A stretch of 64,000 bases of DNA from Octopus sinensis (taxonomy: Eukaryota), in NCBI RefSeq assembly GCF_006345805.1, contig NC_042997.1, positions 193,068,001-193,132,000 on the forward strand. Reading direction: 5' to 3'. Within the stretch, counting starts at the first letter, position 1; each line of letters opens with the position of its first letter. Position numbers and translations under genes: made by a program. Below are positions 1-11,384 of this stretch, piece after piece. The notes beneath the pieces were generated by a model that saw only the letters and a list, made by a program, of their open reading frames with translations, was not told the DNA's origin and ran no database searches.

Positions 1-120
1 CTGTAGTAGTGGTGGAAGGAAGGGTGACTTGAGGGTGGAGGACTGATTGAGGTGCTCGCTCTCTCTCTCTCCTCTCTCTCTCTCTCTTTCATACACACAC
101 ACATACACAAAATACATATA

Positions 121-335
121 TTTCTTTACTACCCACAAGGGGCTAAACAGCTAAACACAGAGGGGACAAACAAGGACAGACAAAGGGATTAAGTCAATTA
201 TATCGACCCCAGTGCATAACTGGTACTTAATTTATCGACCCCGAAAGGATGAAAGGCAAAGTCGACCTCAGTGGAATTTGAACTCGGAATGTAACGACAG
301 ATGAAATACAGCTATGCATTTCACCCGCCAAGCAC
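121..335 (-). mobile_element. tRNA-headed SINE, family A (partial)
   Basis: Reverse complement of the GAGTTCAAATTCC...GTCGACTTTGCCTTTCATCC...TTTGTCCCCTCTGTGTTTAGCCCCTTGTGGGTAGTAAAGAAA repeat seen many times in the window. Confidence 0.8.
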
Positions 336-380
336 TAAAAGCACAAGGGACTTAAACTCACTGAAATACCCAGGAGGCTC

Positions 381-1495
381 CCTTGTGGTAGTTGATAGTT
401 TCTGCTATTTAGGTGACTGAATTAGTAACAATGGTGGATGCTCTGAAAGTATTGTTTCTAGAATAGGAAAAGAATGGAGGAAGTTCAGAGAGCTCCTACC
501 TTTGTTGGTAACAAAAGAACTCTCTTTCAGAGTGAAAGGTAGATTGTATGATGCTTGTGTGAGAATGGCTATATTACATGGTACTTGTACTTGTGACGGC
601 ATTCACCCAGGATGGGTTGAGCCGACTTCTTCTCTGTTCTTAACGGCATCACAAACCATGGCGGTCCATGCTCGTTGGTCCTGTGTGAGGTCACTGGAGA
701 TAGCAAGCCATTCACGGTTCCATCTGCGCAGACCGACCACCTGCTGAGCTGAGAGTTCAGAGAAGTCCTCCTTTATTGTCATTGCCCAGGTTTTCAGCTG
801 TCTGCACTTGCGTTTGCGCCAGTTGGGAAGTGGAGGTGGGAGGAGGACATCGCAAATCAGCTCACCCTCAGGACACCGGGCCGCATGACCGAACCACCTT
901 AAGTGCCATTGTAGAAGCACTGAAGGGAGGGGCTGGAGATTCAGGTGATGACAAAGACCGGCTGTAGAAACCCAATCAATGCATTGGCAGCGAAGAATGC
1001 GGTGGTGACAGTCATTGTCAAACACCTCCAGCCTTCGCTGATCGAGTACCCTCATAGGCCATGTTTCTCAACCATAGAGGAGGATAATATGAACGACGGC
1101 CTGGTAGATTCGCCCTGGTAGTGAGAAATGGGCTCTGACTGCAGAGGACATGCATAGATTGGAGAGGAATGAAGGTAGTATGCTCCATTGGATTTGCAAC
1201 ATCAGTATGAATGACCAACAAAGCACAACTGTGTTGAGAGAAAAGCTGGACATAAGAGGGATTAAATGTGGCATGCGGGAGAGGAGATTGCATGTGATGC
1301 GTGAGTGAAGACAGCTGTATACAGAAGTGCCTGTCACTGAAAGTGGATGGTACCTGTGGAAGAGGGAGACCCAGGAAGACATGGGATGAAATGGTGAGGA
1401 CTGATCTTAAGATGTTGAGGTTCATGGAGGAAATGACAATGGACCAAGATGTTTGGCGATATGAGGTTCTAGAGAAGACCTGCCCACATCAGTGA
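381..1495 (+). mobile_element. RTE-clade LINE 3' ORF2 fragment, interrupted by a second LINE
   Basis: Translates ...CYLGD...WRKFRELLPLLVTKELSFRVKGRLYDACV..HG|SEKW...GTCGRGRPRKTW with stops and frameshifts. Confidence 0.85.
584..1115 (-). mobile_element. 5'-truncated RTE-clade LINE of a second family, nested in the first
   Basis: ORF 603-1055 contains LRWFGHAAR...KTW...QRAW. The tail is CAAGTACAAGTA. TGGTA is duplicated at 579-583 and 1116-1120, and the host ORF rejoins across it. Confidence 0.85.
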
Positions 1496-1789
1496 AACTG
1501 AATGTTAGAAGAGTTGTGTCCAACCCACATGTAACAACAAACTTTTCACATAATCTACCCCAAGAAACCAAACAACATTTCCTCTTCATAAACTATGATT
1601 GTCTTCCAATCCTCTTTCCCGCCCTCACTGCCCTGGTCACTGTATCGCTGCGTTCCACATCCCCCACCCCCGTTTTTCTACCTAGATTTTCAACAGTTGC
1701 TGCAATCTCCAGTTCTTACTTGTGCCTTCTTGGCAACACCTCACCATATATATTACAACCTTTGTACTGCTCTCTGCGACATCTCCAGC

Positions 1790-2911
1790 TCTACGTCGAC
1801 GACAGTGAACAGGTGTGGTCACCATTTGTGAGGTGCGCTTTCCTGCAGCTCGTCATCATGGCCGAACTGCAGTCATGGATCAAAAAGAGGCTGAGGAAGG
1901 GTGAATGGCACCGCAAGTGTCATGTTGCTCTCGAGCAACTATGCAGTCCTGGGTCGACCTTTAGTGACAGCATCACCATGAAAGCATTCTATAGGGGATT
2001 AGTGGAGGGTAGGTACGACAATGAACCTGACCCACCTGTTCAAGACAACTTTCAGGCCAGGACTTATAGACAACTTCCAGAGATCCCTGGCTTGGCAGTG
2101 CTATCGAGAAGTACTAACCATTCAGGATAAGCTCAACAGGCATGGCTCATAAACGCCAGGCCGTCCTGCCGAAGATGCGGTCAGAGCGACGAAACCATTC
2201 TGCATGCATTCGTGCAGTATCCAACCATTTCCGACCTGTGGGCCTACGTTGAATGACTGCTATTGCGTGTGGGACGAGTCAGTTTATCAACCAAGTCTAT
2301 CATCAATATTGTCATGCCTCCTTCCTTCAAATGGGAAGGAAGAGCCATTTTCATTGTATTATGGCTATGGCAAAAGAATATGTATTGTGGACGCGTCTGA
2401 AAGGTCTAGAGACAAACACTTGCCTCTCTGGTCAATCTCTCATCAACTTTTTCAAACATCACTTGAAGAGGGTGAGAGAAGAGAGGGAAGTTTTGTCTAG
2501 TGAATGCTTCAAAAAAAAAAAGATAGGTGAATGTAGCAAGGATGGCACGTGTGAATGACGGAGCCACCTTGAGCATAATCCTATGAACCAGAAAAAGAAA
2601 GGAAAACAAGAGAGTCACTTACTGTAATGTGTTTTTTTGAATGACATTATTATTGTCCTAGGTTACTGTGGTCTTTTCTGTAGGCTTTTCTTTCCATGGA
2701 AAAACCTAATCTATTTTTCCTTTTACATTTATGACATTTCTGTGACACACGATCCCTATTGATCGCTGTTTTGTTGTTTTTTTCCACGATCCCTTTTCAT
2801 CGAAATTTTATCCCCCCTTTTTTCTTTTTTTCTTTTTTTTTCCCCCAAAAGAAAGGGTCTACATTGTATTTTGTCCCCTCTGTGTTCAGCCTCATGTGGC
2901 TAATAAAGAAA
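1790..2911 (+). mobile_element. Tx1/L1-clade LINE 3' end (degenerate ORF2 C-terminus and 3' UTR)
   Basis: Zinc-knuckle-like CRRCGQSDETILHAFVQ near 2165-2220 and LINFFKHHLKR..E at the C-terminus, then a T-rich 3' UTR ending AATAAAGAAA. Confidence 0.7.
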
Positions 2912-3404
2912 CATATCTATCTATCTATCTACCTACCAAAGTATGTATGTATATATATATATATATACACACACACATAGAAAATACAAATTTGTGTAGA
3001 TACCTTGTGGTGTTAATGTTTATTTTTTTTATTTACAACCATATATCTGTAGAAGACAAACAAAAGAATGTGGCTCTCAACATATTTGTTAGATACAAAA
3101 ATTACTTAATATCAGTTTCATTTGGTTCTATGCAACTTAAAGTTTGGTAAGCTCATTGAATGAACATATCTCGTCAGGTTCATTTTGTGCATGTATGTGT
3201 GTGTTATATATATATATATACAAAATTTAGAGGACTGACCACTAAAAGTGGACAGCCTATGTTTAGCATATAGGCTGTCCACTTTTAGTGGTTAGTCCTC
3301 TAAATTTTAAATCTTCAGATTTTTTAAAATGTGCTAAGCCACTGGTTTTAATTGATTAATATCAATTTCTACCCTTATTTAATTTTATATATATATATAC
3401 ATCA

Positions 3405-3690
3405 TCATCATCATCATCATCATTTAATGTCCACTTTCCATGCTAGCATGGGTTGGACGATTTGACTGAGGTCTGGCGAACCAGACTCCAATCTGATCTG
3501 GCAGAGTTTCTACAGTTGGATGCCCTTCTTAATGCCAACTACTCCGAAAGTGTAGTGGGTGCTTTTATGTGTCACTGGCACAAGGGCCAGTTTGGTGGTA
3601 CTGGCAACGACCACGCCCAAATGGTGCTTTTTACATGCCACCTGCACAGGAGCCAGTCCAGCGGCACTGTCGACGACCTCGCTTGAATAT
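3405..3690 (-). mobile_element. RTE LINE 3' UTR fragment with (GAT)n tail
   Basis: (CAT)n followed by TTTCCATGCTAGCATGGGTTGGACG...CTACAGTTGGATGCCCTT, the same sequence as the UTR attached to the RTE ORF at 6000-6960. Confidence 0.8.
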
Positions 3691-3748
3691 TTCACATACA
3701 CACACACACATATATATATGTGTGTGTGTGTGTGTATATATATATATA

Positions 3749-4383
3749 CTAGCAGTATCGCCCGGCGTTGCTCGGGTTTGTAAGGGAAATAACTATATAA
3801 GCATTTTTAGAGAGTTATAGCCAAAAAATAGCAAAAAATGCATTAAAAATGGAAAAAATATGATGGTAAATTTTTTTTAAATCGTTGACTCATCGTAGAC
3901 ATTTTTAGAGAGTTACTTCCCTTATATAATAGCGAAAAAATGCATTAAAATGGAAAAAAAACGATGGTAAATTTTTTTTAAATCGTAGACTCATGTAGAC
4001 GCTTTCTTAGCCATTTCTGTTTTGGTGTCTTCAAGCCATGAAGTCGTTGTTCTAAAAGAACGCTGGTCTCCTTGACAACGCATTACGACGTTGATTTCCT
4101 TACACTCCCTTCCCCACAGGTGCAGGTGTGAGCGTGGACGCCAACTCCACCGCCATCGACACACGAAAAATTATGCATTAAAATGGAATAAAAAATGATG
4201 TTAAATTATTTTTTAAATCGTAGACTCATCGTAGACGCGCGCTAATACTCAGACGGGCTCGATATGAATCACGACTATAAGCTACCCGAATTTGGTTAAA
4301 CTGCACCGCAAAATGTGGGAGTAGTTAGGAATCTAAATCGAAGGGGACAGACACTCACACAACTACAGTTTTATATATATAGA
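3749..4383 (-). mobile_element. Non-autonomous Helitron, family H1
   Basis: 5' A|TCTATATATATAAAA and 3' hairpin CCCG-AGCAACGC-CGGG followed by CTAG|T, with no TSD. Confidence 0.85.
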
Positions 4384-4429
4384 TATACATAGCGCAGTAG
4401 TGGTGAGATGTGACAGCAAAGAAAAGCAT

Positions 4430-4990
4430 ACATTCACTCTCTGCATGCAATTAGACTCGGAAAGTTCGTGAGGAACCCATTGACCCAATTTGCTGACTTT
4501 TCCGATAGCACACAGGTCTCAATGAATGGTTGAATGACCAAATCCAAGCTTCTCTGCTAGTTCCTCAACAGTTACGATGAGATTTTGTTCCACCAGGGTT
4601 TTCAGGATGTCCTTGTCGAGTTCTACAGATCTTTCAGGATGAGGCTCGTCTTCTAGGCTGTAGTTTATGGCTCGGAATTTCTGGAACCACCATTGACACT
4701 GCCTTACGCTTATTGTCCAATCCCCATATACTGCATTAATATTTCTTGTACTTTCCGTTGCGTTGTTGTCTTTATTGAACTCATAAAGCAAAATATGCCA
4801 AATATGCTCCTTTGTTACTTCCAACATAGCTTTGAAAAAAATAGCTGTTAAAATCGAAATGCACTCTTCAAAACTTGCACTATGAATAAGGACAAGATAA
4901 AATTACTACCTGCTTTTATAGCAAGTTAATATAAGTAGTTTATCCCATTCCCCTCTGACTTTTAGTTCAAGCTGTTGAAAAAACCGCATT
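4430..4990 (-). mobile_element. Mariner transposase 5' fragment (HTH region)
   Basis: ORF 4519-4827 (HILLYEFNK...TISVRQCQWWFQKFR...LEDEPHPERS) is a Mos1/SETMAR-type HTH. Homologous to the full element at 56660-57900. Confidence 0.85.
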
Positions 4991-5002
4991 ATTATATATA
5001 TA

Positions 5003-5034
<32 letters not shown>

Positions 5035-5199
5035 CACACACACTCTCTCTCTCACACACATGCACACATTTATATTGTTATTCTTTTATATGTTTCAGCC
5101 TTGAGGTTGTGGCCATGCTGGATCATGTGTGTGTGTGTGTGTGTGTGTGTCTATCTGTCTGTCTGTCTGTATGTATATATGTATATGTATGTGTGTGAA

Positions 5200-5633
5200 T
5201 AATAATATTTTCAACAGATGTGTTGCAAATGTATCTGATTGTTCTCAAGCTTCAAATTTACTCTCTTCCAAGAACATTTTCACTCACTCTTATTTGTTAG
5301 CTTCCCATACATTTTACTCATGTATCTATCAGCGTTCATGGACAGTAACAAATATTACATCTAGTTTCATTTTATTCGTTACACAGTGTGTGTGTGTGCG
5401 TTTGCGTGTGCTGTAAACCAGACTAAGAAAAGCATTTGACACACACACCAGAATGTGAGTTTTCTGTAAATTTTGCTTAATTGGAGTTTAAATTTTAAAA
5501 ACTGGACCTGGCATGACGCGATGCCTTGTACTCTTAAAATTGCTAGGTAAATTGTAATTGAAGAAATCCTATATTGTAGATTTGTATAACTCCCAAAGGG
5601 AGGCAGATAAAATCTGCCTTTTATAATAAGAGA
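5200..5633 (-). mobile_element. Helitron family H2, 5' part
   Basis: 5' A|TCTCTTATTATAAAAGGCAG terminus, also present at 6967, 9473 and 10600. No own 3' hairpin seen. Confidence 0.7.
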
Positions 5634-5649
5634 TATATAGGGTAATGAT

Positions 5650-5980
5650 TAAAAACTCCCTTTTGTCACGAATTACTTTGGGATTGCACCTAGAAAATTA
5701 CCCTTTGAGGAACAAGTTCAGGCAAAGTTGTTTATGGAAGACCAGCAGTCACTTGTGCATACCAGTCTCCCCTCTCCACACTACTGATGTTATCCAAGGG
5801 AAAGGCAAAGCCTGATACAGCTTAGCACCAGTGACGTCACAACTCATTTCTACAGCTGAGTGAACTGGAGCAATATGAAATGAAGTGTCTTGCTCAAGAA
5901 CTCATCACACAGTTTGGTCCATGAATCAAACTCACTATCTCATGATTGTGAGTATGACACTCTAACCACTAAGCTATGTA
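5650..5980 (-). mobile_element. tRNA-headed SINE, family E
   Basis: Homologous to the TSD-flanked copy at 28539-28872. Confidence 0.75.
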
Positions 5981-5999
5981 ACACATATATATATGTATA

Positions 6000-6960
6000 A
6001 GAAGCATCAGATGTGGTGTGTGAGAGATACGACTGCACTGGTATGGTCATGTGTTGTGAATGAATGGGGAAAGCTGTGTGAAAAAGTGTCACACCCTAGC
6101 AGTTGAGGGAACCTGTGGAAGAGGTAGACCCTGGAAAACCTGGGATGAAGTGGTGAAGCACGCCCTTCGAACATTGAACCTTACTGATGCAATGACTTGT
6201 GACCGGGACCTTTGGAGATATGTTGTGCTTGAGAAGACCCGACAAGCCAAGTGAGACCATAGCCCATGGCCTATGCCAGTGGGTGTAACCAGCCCATTTA
6301 TGAATACCCCTCATTCATTGGACAATAAACCTTGCTTGTGAAGACCTATTGAGGCAAGTGAAATCAAAATCAAATCAAAATTACTGACATGGCTGATAAC
6401 AGTACCGCCTGATTGGCACTCCTGCCAGTAGAACGTTAAAAGCACATCCAAATGTGGGGTGTAACCGGCCCACTTATGAGTACCCCTCATTCATTGGACA
6501 ATGAACTTTGCTTGCAAAGACCTATTGAGGCAAGTGTAAACAAATCAAAATTGCTGTTGTGGCCAATGACAGTACCACCTGATTGACATTCGTGCCAGTG
6601 GAACATTAAAATCACATCTGAGCGTGATTGTTGCTAGGGCCATGGGTTGGCTCCAGTGCCGGTGACACATGAAAAGCACCATTTGAGTGTAATCGTTGCT
6701 AGTGCCACCAGACTGGCTCCTGTGCAGGTAGCACATAAAAACACCTTTTGAGCGTGGCCGTTGCCAGAACCGCCTGACTAGCCCTCGTGCCGGTGGAACA
6801 TAAAAGCATTCACTACACTCTCGGAGTGTTTGGCATTAGGAAGGGCATTCAGCTGTAGAAACTTTGCCAGACCAGAGTGAGCCTGGTGCAGCTTCTGGTT
6901 CTTCAGTCAAACCGTCCAACCCATGCTAGCATGGAAAGCAGATGTTAAACAATGATGATG
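6000..6960 (+). mobile_element. RTE LINE 3' end: ORF2 C-terminus, long tandemly repetitive 3' UTR and (GAT)n tail
   Basis: LHWYGHV...GTCGRGRPWKTWDEVV...LEKTRQAK*, then roughly 60-nt AAAAGCACC-containing units and ATGATGATG. Confidence 0.85.
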
Positions 6961-6966
6961 ATATAT

Positions 6967-7240
6967 ATCTCTTATTATAAAAGGCAGATTTTATCTGCCT
7001 CCCTTTGGGAGTTATACAAATCTACAATATAGGATTTCTTCAATTACAATTTACCTAGCAGTTTTGAGAGTACAATGCATCGCGTCATGCCAGGTCCAGT
7101 TTTTAAAATTTAAACTCCAATTAAGCAAAATTTACAGAAAACTCACATTCTGGTGTGTGTGTCAAATGCTTTTCTTAGTCTGGTTTACACCACACGCAAA
7201 CGCACACACACAGTGGGCAACGAATAAAATGAAACTAATT
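6967..7240 (+). mobile_element. Helitron family H2, 5' part
   Basis: Near-identical inverted copy of 5360-5633. Confidence 0.7.
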
Positions 7241-7584
7241 CACTTACTGTAGTGAGTGATTCTTTCACTCTGCCTCCCACTTCTTCTTTCCACACATACA
7301 CACGCAAATATATAAATAAAATTGTAAGCTAACGTGTGTGAGTGTGTGTGTGTGTGTGTGCGCGTGTGTGTGTGTGTGACGGTGCGTGTGTGTGTGTGTG
7401 TGTGTGCGTGTGCGTGAGTGTGTGACAGGAAAGTTTTTTTAGACGAATATAACACCTATATCCAAGTAGCAGAAAGATAAGACAGTAAGGTGTGATTTGA
7501 GGGAGATTTGGCTGCTATTTCTACCATGTCTAGCTGCCATGTAGGGGTCTCCCTCATAGGCTCATACATACATATATACATAGA

Positions 7585-8219
7585 CTAGCAGTATCGCCCG
7601 GCGTTGCTCGGGTTTGTAAGGGAAATAACTATATAAGCATTTTTAGAGAGTTATAGCCAAAAAATAGCAAAAAATGCATTAAAAATGGAAAAAATATGAT
7701 GGTAAATTTTTTTTTAAATCGTTGACTCATCGTAGACATTTTTAGAGAGTTACTTCCCTTATATAATAGCGAAAAAATGCATTAAAATGGAAAAAAAAAC
7801 GATGGTAAATTTTTTTTTAAATCGTAGACTCATGTAGACGCTTTCTTAGCCATTTCTGTTTTGGTGTCTTCAAGCCATGAAGTCGTTGTTCTAAAAGAAC
7901 GCTGGTCTCCTTGACAACGCATTACGACGTTGATTTCCTTACACTCCCTTCCCCACAGGTGCAGGTGTGAGCGTGGACGCCAACTCCACCGCCATCGACA
8001 CACGAAAATTATGCATTAAAATGGAATAAAAAATGATGTTAAATTATTTTTTAAATCGTAGACTCATCGTAGACGCGCGCTAATACTCAGACGGGCTCGA
8101 TATGAATCACGACTATAAGCTACCCGAATTTGGTTAAACTGCACCGCAAAATGTGGGAGTAGTTAGGAATCTAAATCGAAGGGGACAGACACTCACACAA
8201 CTACAGTTTTATATATAGA
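7585..8219 (-). mobile_element. Non-autonomous Helitron H1 (second copy)
   Basis: Near-identical to 3749-4383 with the same termini. Confidence 0.85.
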
Positions 8220-8265
8220 TATACATAGCGCAGTAGTGGTGAGATGTGACAGCAAAGAAAAGCAT

Positions 8266-8826
8266 ACATTCACTCTCTGCATGCAATTAGACTCGGAAAG
8301 TTCGTGAGGAACCCATTGACCCAATTTGCTGACTTTTCCGATAGCACACAGGTCTCAATGAATGGTTGAATGACCAAATCCAAGCTTCTCTGCTAGTTCC
8401 TCAACAGTTACGATGAGATTTTGTTCCACCAGGGTTTTCAGGATGTCCTTGTCGAGTTCTACAGATCTTTCAGGATGAGGCTCGTCTTCTAGGCTGTAGT
8501 TTATGGCTCGGAATTTCTGGAACCACCATTGACACTGCCTTACGCTTATTGTCCAATCCCCATATACTGCATTAATATTTCTTGTACTTTCCGTTGCGTT
8601 GTTGTCTTTATTGAACTCATAAAGCAAAATATGCCAAATATGCTCCTTTGTTACTTCCAACATAGCTTTGAAAAAAATAGCTGTTAAAATCGAAATGCAC
8701 TCTTCAAAACTTGCACTATGAATAAGGACAAGATAAAATTACTACCTGCTTTTATAGCAAGTTAATATAAGTAGTTTATCCCATTCCCCTCTGACTTTTA
8801 GTTCAAGCTGTTGAAAAAACCGCATT
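8266..8826 (-). mobile_element. Mariner transposase 5' fragment (duplicate)
   Basis: ORF 8355-8663 is identical in translation to 4519-4827. Confidence 0.85.
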
Positions 8827-8842
8827 ATTATATATATATACA

Positions 8843-8874
<32 letters not shown>

Positions 8875-9039
8875 CACACACACTCTCTCTCTCACACACA
8901 TGCACACATTTATATTGTTATTCTTTTATATGTTTCAGCCTTGAGGTTGTGGCCATGCTGGATCATGTGTGTGTGTGTGTGTGTGTGTGTCTATCTGTCT
9001 GTCTGTCTGTATGTATATATGTATATGTATGTGTGTGAA

Positions 9040-9473
9040 TAATAATATTTTCAACAGATGTGTTGCAAATGTATCTGATTGTTCTCAAGCTTCAAATTTA
9101 CTCTCTTCCAAGAACATTTTCACTCACTCTTATTTGTTAGCTTCCCATACATTTTACTCATGTATCTATCAGCGTTCATGGACAGTAACAAATATTACAT
9201 CTAGTTTCATTTTATTCGTTACACAGTGTGTGTGTGTGCGTTTGCGTGTGCTGTAAACAAGACTAAGAAAAGCATTTGACACACACACCAGAATGTGAGT
9301 TTTCTGTAAATTTTGCTTAATTGGAGTTTAAATTTTAAAAACTGGAGCTGGCATGACGCGATGCATTGTACTCTTAAAATTGCTAGGTAAATTGTAATTG
9401 AAGAAATCCTATATTGTAGATTTGTATAACTCCCAAAGGGAGGCAGATAAAATCTGCCTTTTATAATAAGAGA
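9040..9473 (-). mobile_element. Helitron family H2, 5' part (duplicate)
   Basis: Near-identical to 5200-5633. Confidence 0.7.
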
Positions 9474-9851
9474 TAAGACAGTAAGGTGTGATTTGGGGGA
9501 AATTTTGCTGCTATTTCTACCAGGTCTAGCTACCATGTAGAGGTCCCCCTCAATTCTTTTATTCTTCTGCTTTTTCCAGCCATTTCTCTGTGGCCATGCT
9601 GGGGCAATGCCTTGAAGAATTGTAGTTTAATGAATCAACTCCAGTTTTATTTTTGTAAGCATTGTACTTATTCTATCTGTTTCCTTTGTCAAACCACTAG
9701 GTGACAGGGATGTAAACAAACCAACATTCGTTGTCAAGCAGTGGTGGAGGACAATCACAAGCACAGACACGCACACACACACATACATGCATACACATAT
9801 ACACACATACATAGATACATACATACATATATATATGTGTGTATATATATA

Positions 9852-10040
9852 TTGCAGCGTGGAAGGTGTTTGTAAGCCATTTAAGAAACACACAAAAACC
9901 GTTACATTCACTTCAACATTTAAATTTAATTTGCCAAAATATTTTCGTCGCTTTGAGACCGCGACCTGTTCACTGACAAAAATATCGTGCTAACAGGTCG
10001 CGGTCTCAAAGCGACGAAAATATTTTGACAAATTTTCGTT
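9852..10040 (-). mobile_element. Putative Penelope-like element end with fold-back
   Basis: The same element recurs unfolded at about 54640-54775. It has a stem-loop plus GAAA motif and a 40-bp inverted duplication. Confidence 0.45.
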
Positions 10041-10191
10041 CCAGCACACGATCTCAGATCAAGTCACTTACTATGCAAGTACATCTCTGTAACTATATAT
10101 ATATTTATATATATATATATATATATGTATATTGGTAAAAACAGTAAGATAACAAAAGAAAGAGACCTCAATATTATGTAAATAGAGGAAA

Positions 10192-10586
10192 TCTTTATAT
10201 ATAAAAGTTAGGTTGTGTGTCTGTCTCCTACGATTTAGATTCCTAACTACTCCCACATTTTGCGGTGCAGTTTAACCAAAACCGGGTATCTTATAGTCGT
10301 GATTCATATCGAGACCGTCTGGGTATTAGCGCGCGTCTACGATGAGTCTACGATTTAAAAACAAATTTACCATCAATTTTTCCCATTTTTAATCCATTTT
10401 TGACATATATAAGGGAAGTAACTCTCTAAAATTTATTATTAAATCTCAGAACGTAAAAAGCTACAGTAACACCCCTCCCCCTTTGTGGTTAGCCATATTG
10501 AGATGGCTATTATACTTTACATCTCTAAAAATGCTTATATAATTATTTCCCTTACAAACCCGAGCAACGCCGGGCAATACTGCTAG
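10192..10586 (+). mobile_element. Non-autonomous Helitron H1 (internally shorter copy)
   Basis: A|TCTTTATATATAAAA 5' end and CCCGAGCAACGCCGGG...CTAG|T 3' end. Confidence 0.85.
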
Positions 10587-10599
10587 TATATATATATAT

Positions 10600-11060
10600 A
10601 TCTCTTATTATAAAAGGCAGATTTTATCTGCCTCCCTTTGGGAGTTATACAAATCTACAATATAGGATTTCTTCAATTACAATTTACCTAGCATTTTTGA
10701 GAGTACAATGCATCGCGTCATGCCAGGTCCAGTTTTTAAAATTTAAACTCCAATTAAGCAAAATTTACAGAAAACTCACATTCTGGTGTGTGTGTCAAAT
10801 GCTTTTCTTAGTCTGGTTTACACCACACGCAAACGCACACACACAGTGTGCGACGAATAAAATGAAAATAAATGTAATATTTGTTTCTCTCTATCACGCT
10901 GATAGATACATGAGTAAAATGTATGGGAAGCTAACAGATAACAGTGAGTGAAAATGTTCTTGGAAGAGAGTAAATTAGCGACGGAGTGATTTGAGCAAGA
11001 CTAAACTGAAAGTATGAAACAGTGTTTATGTATAAACAGACGACACTTATATAAACCCTT
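10600..11060 (+). mobile_element. Helitron family H2, 5' part
   Basis: A|TCTCTTATTATAAAAGGCAG start immediately after the H1 copy. Confidence 0.7.
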
Positions 11061-11384
11061 TCGTTACCAAACCGCCTGAATTTACCTATTCATATTTAAA
11101 TGAGAATATCAGAGTAAATCTCTTTAGTACATTCGTGAAAACACGTATTATACTTCGTAAACACTTCAAATACAGTTTTGTACAAAAATCGAAGTGTAAT
11201 TTTAATTCCGTGAATTATGGGAGATTTTTTTCCGAAATTTGTTCCTATTATGTTTTCAAAATTTGTAATTCTGACAAAAAAATGGATACGAATTTCATTA
11301 TATCAAGCAGCGAGTCAGAATTCGAAGGATTTTCTACTGAAGACCTTCATAAATCTAACTCTATGACTGAAAAAAAAAAAAGCA

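Noticed and set aside
1492-2130. 212-aa ORF as a host gene
   Set aside because: The 3' half is degenerate Tx1/L1 ORF2 continuing through stops and frameshifts, and the 5' half is low-complexity flank.
4519-4827. Domesticated SETMAR-like gene
   Set aside because: Only the HTH part is present, it ends in a stop, there is no SET domain, and it is duplicated with its flanks as mobile DNA.
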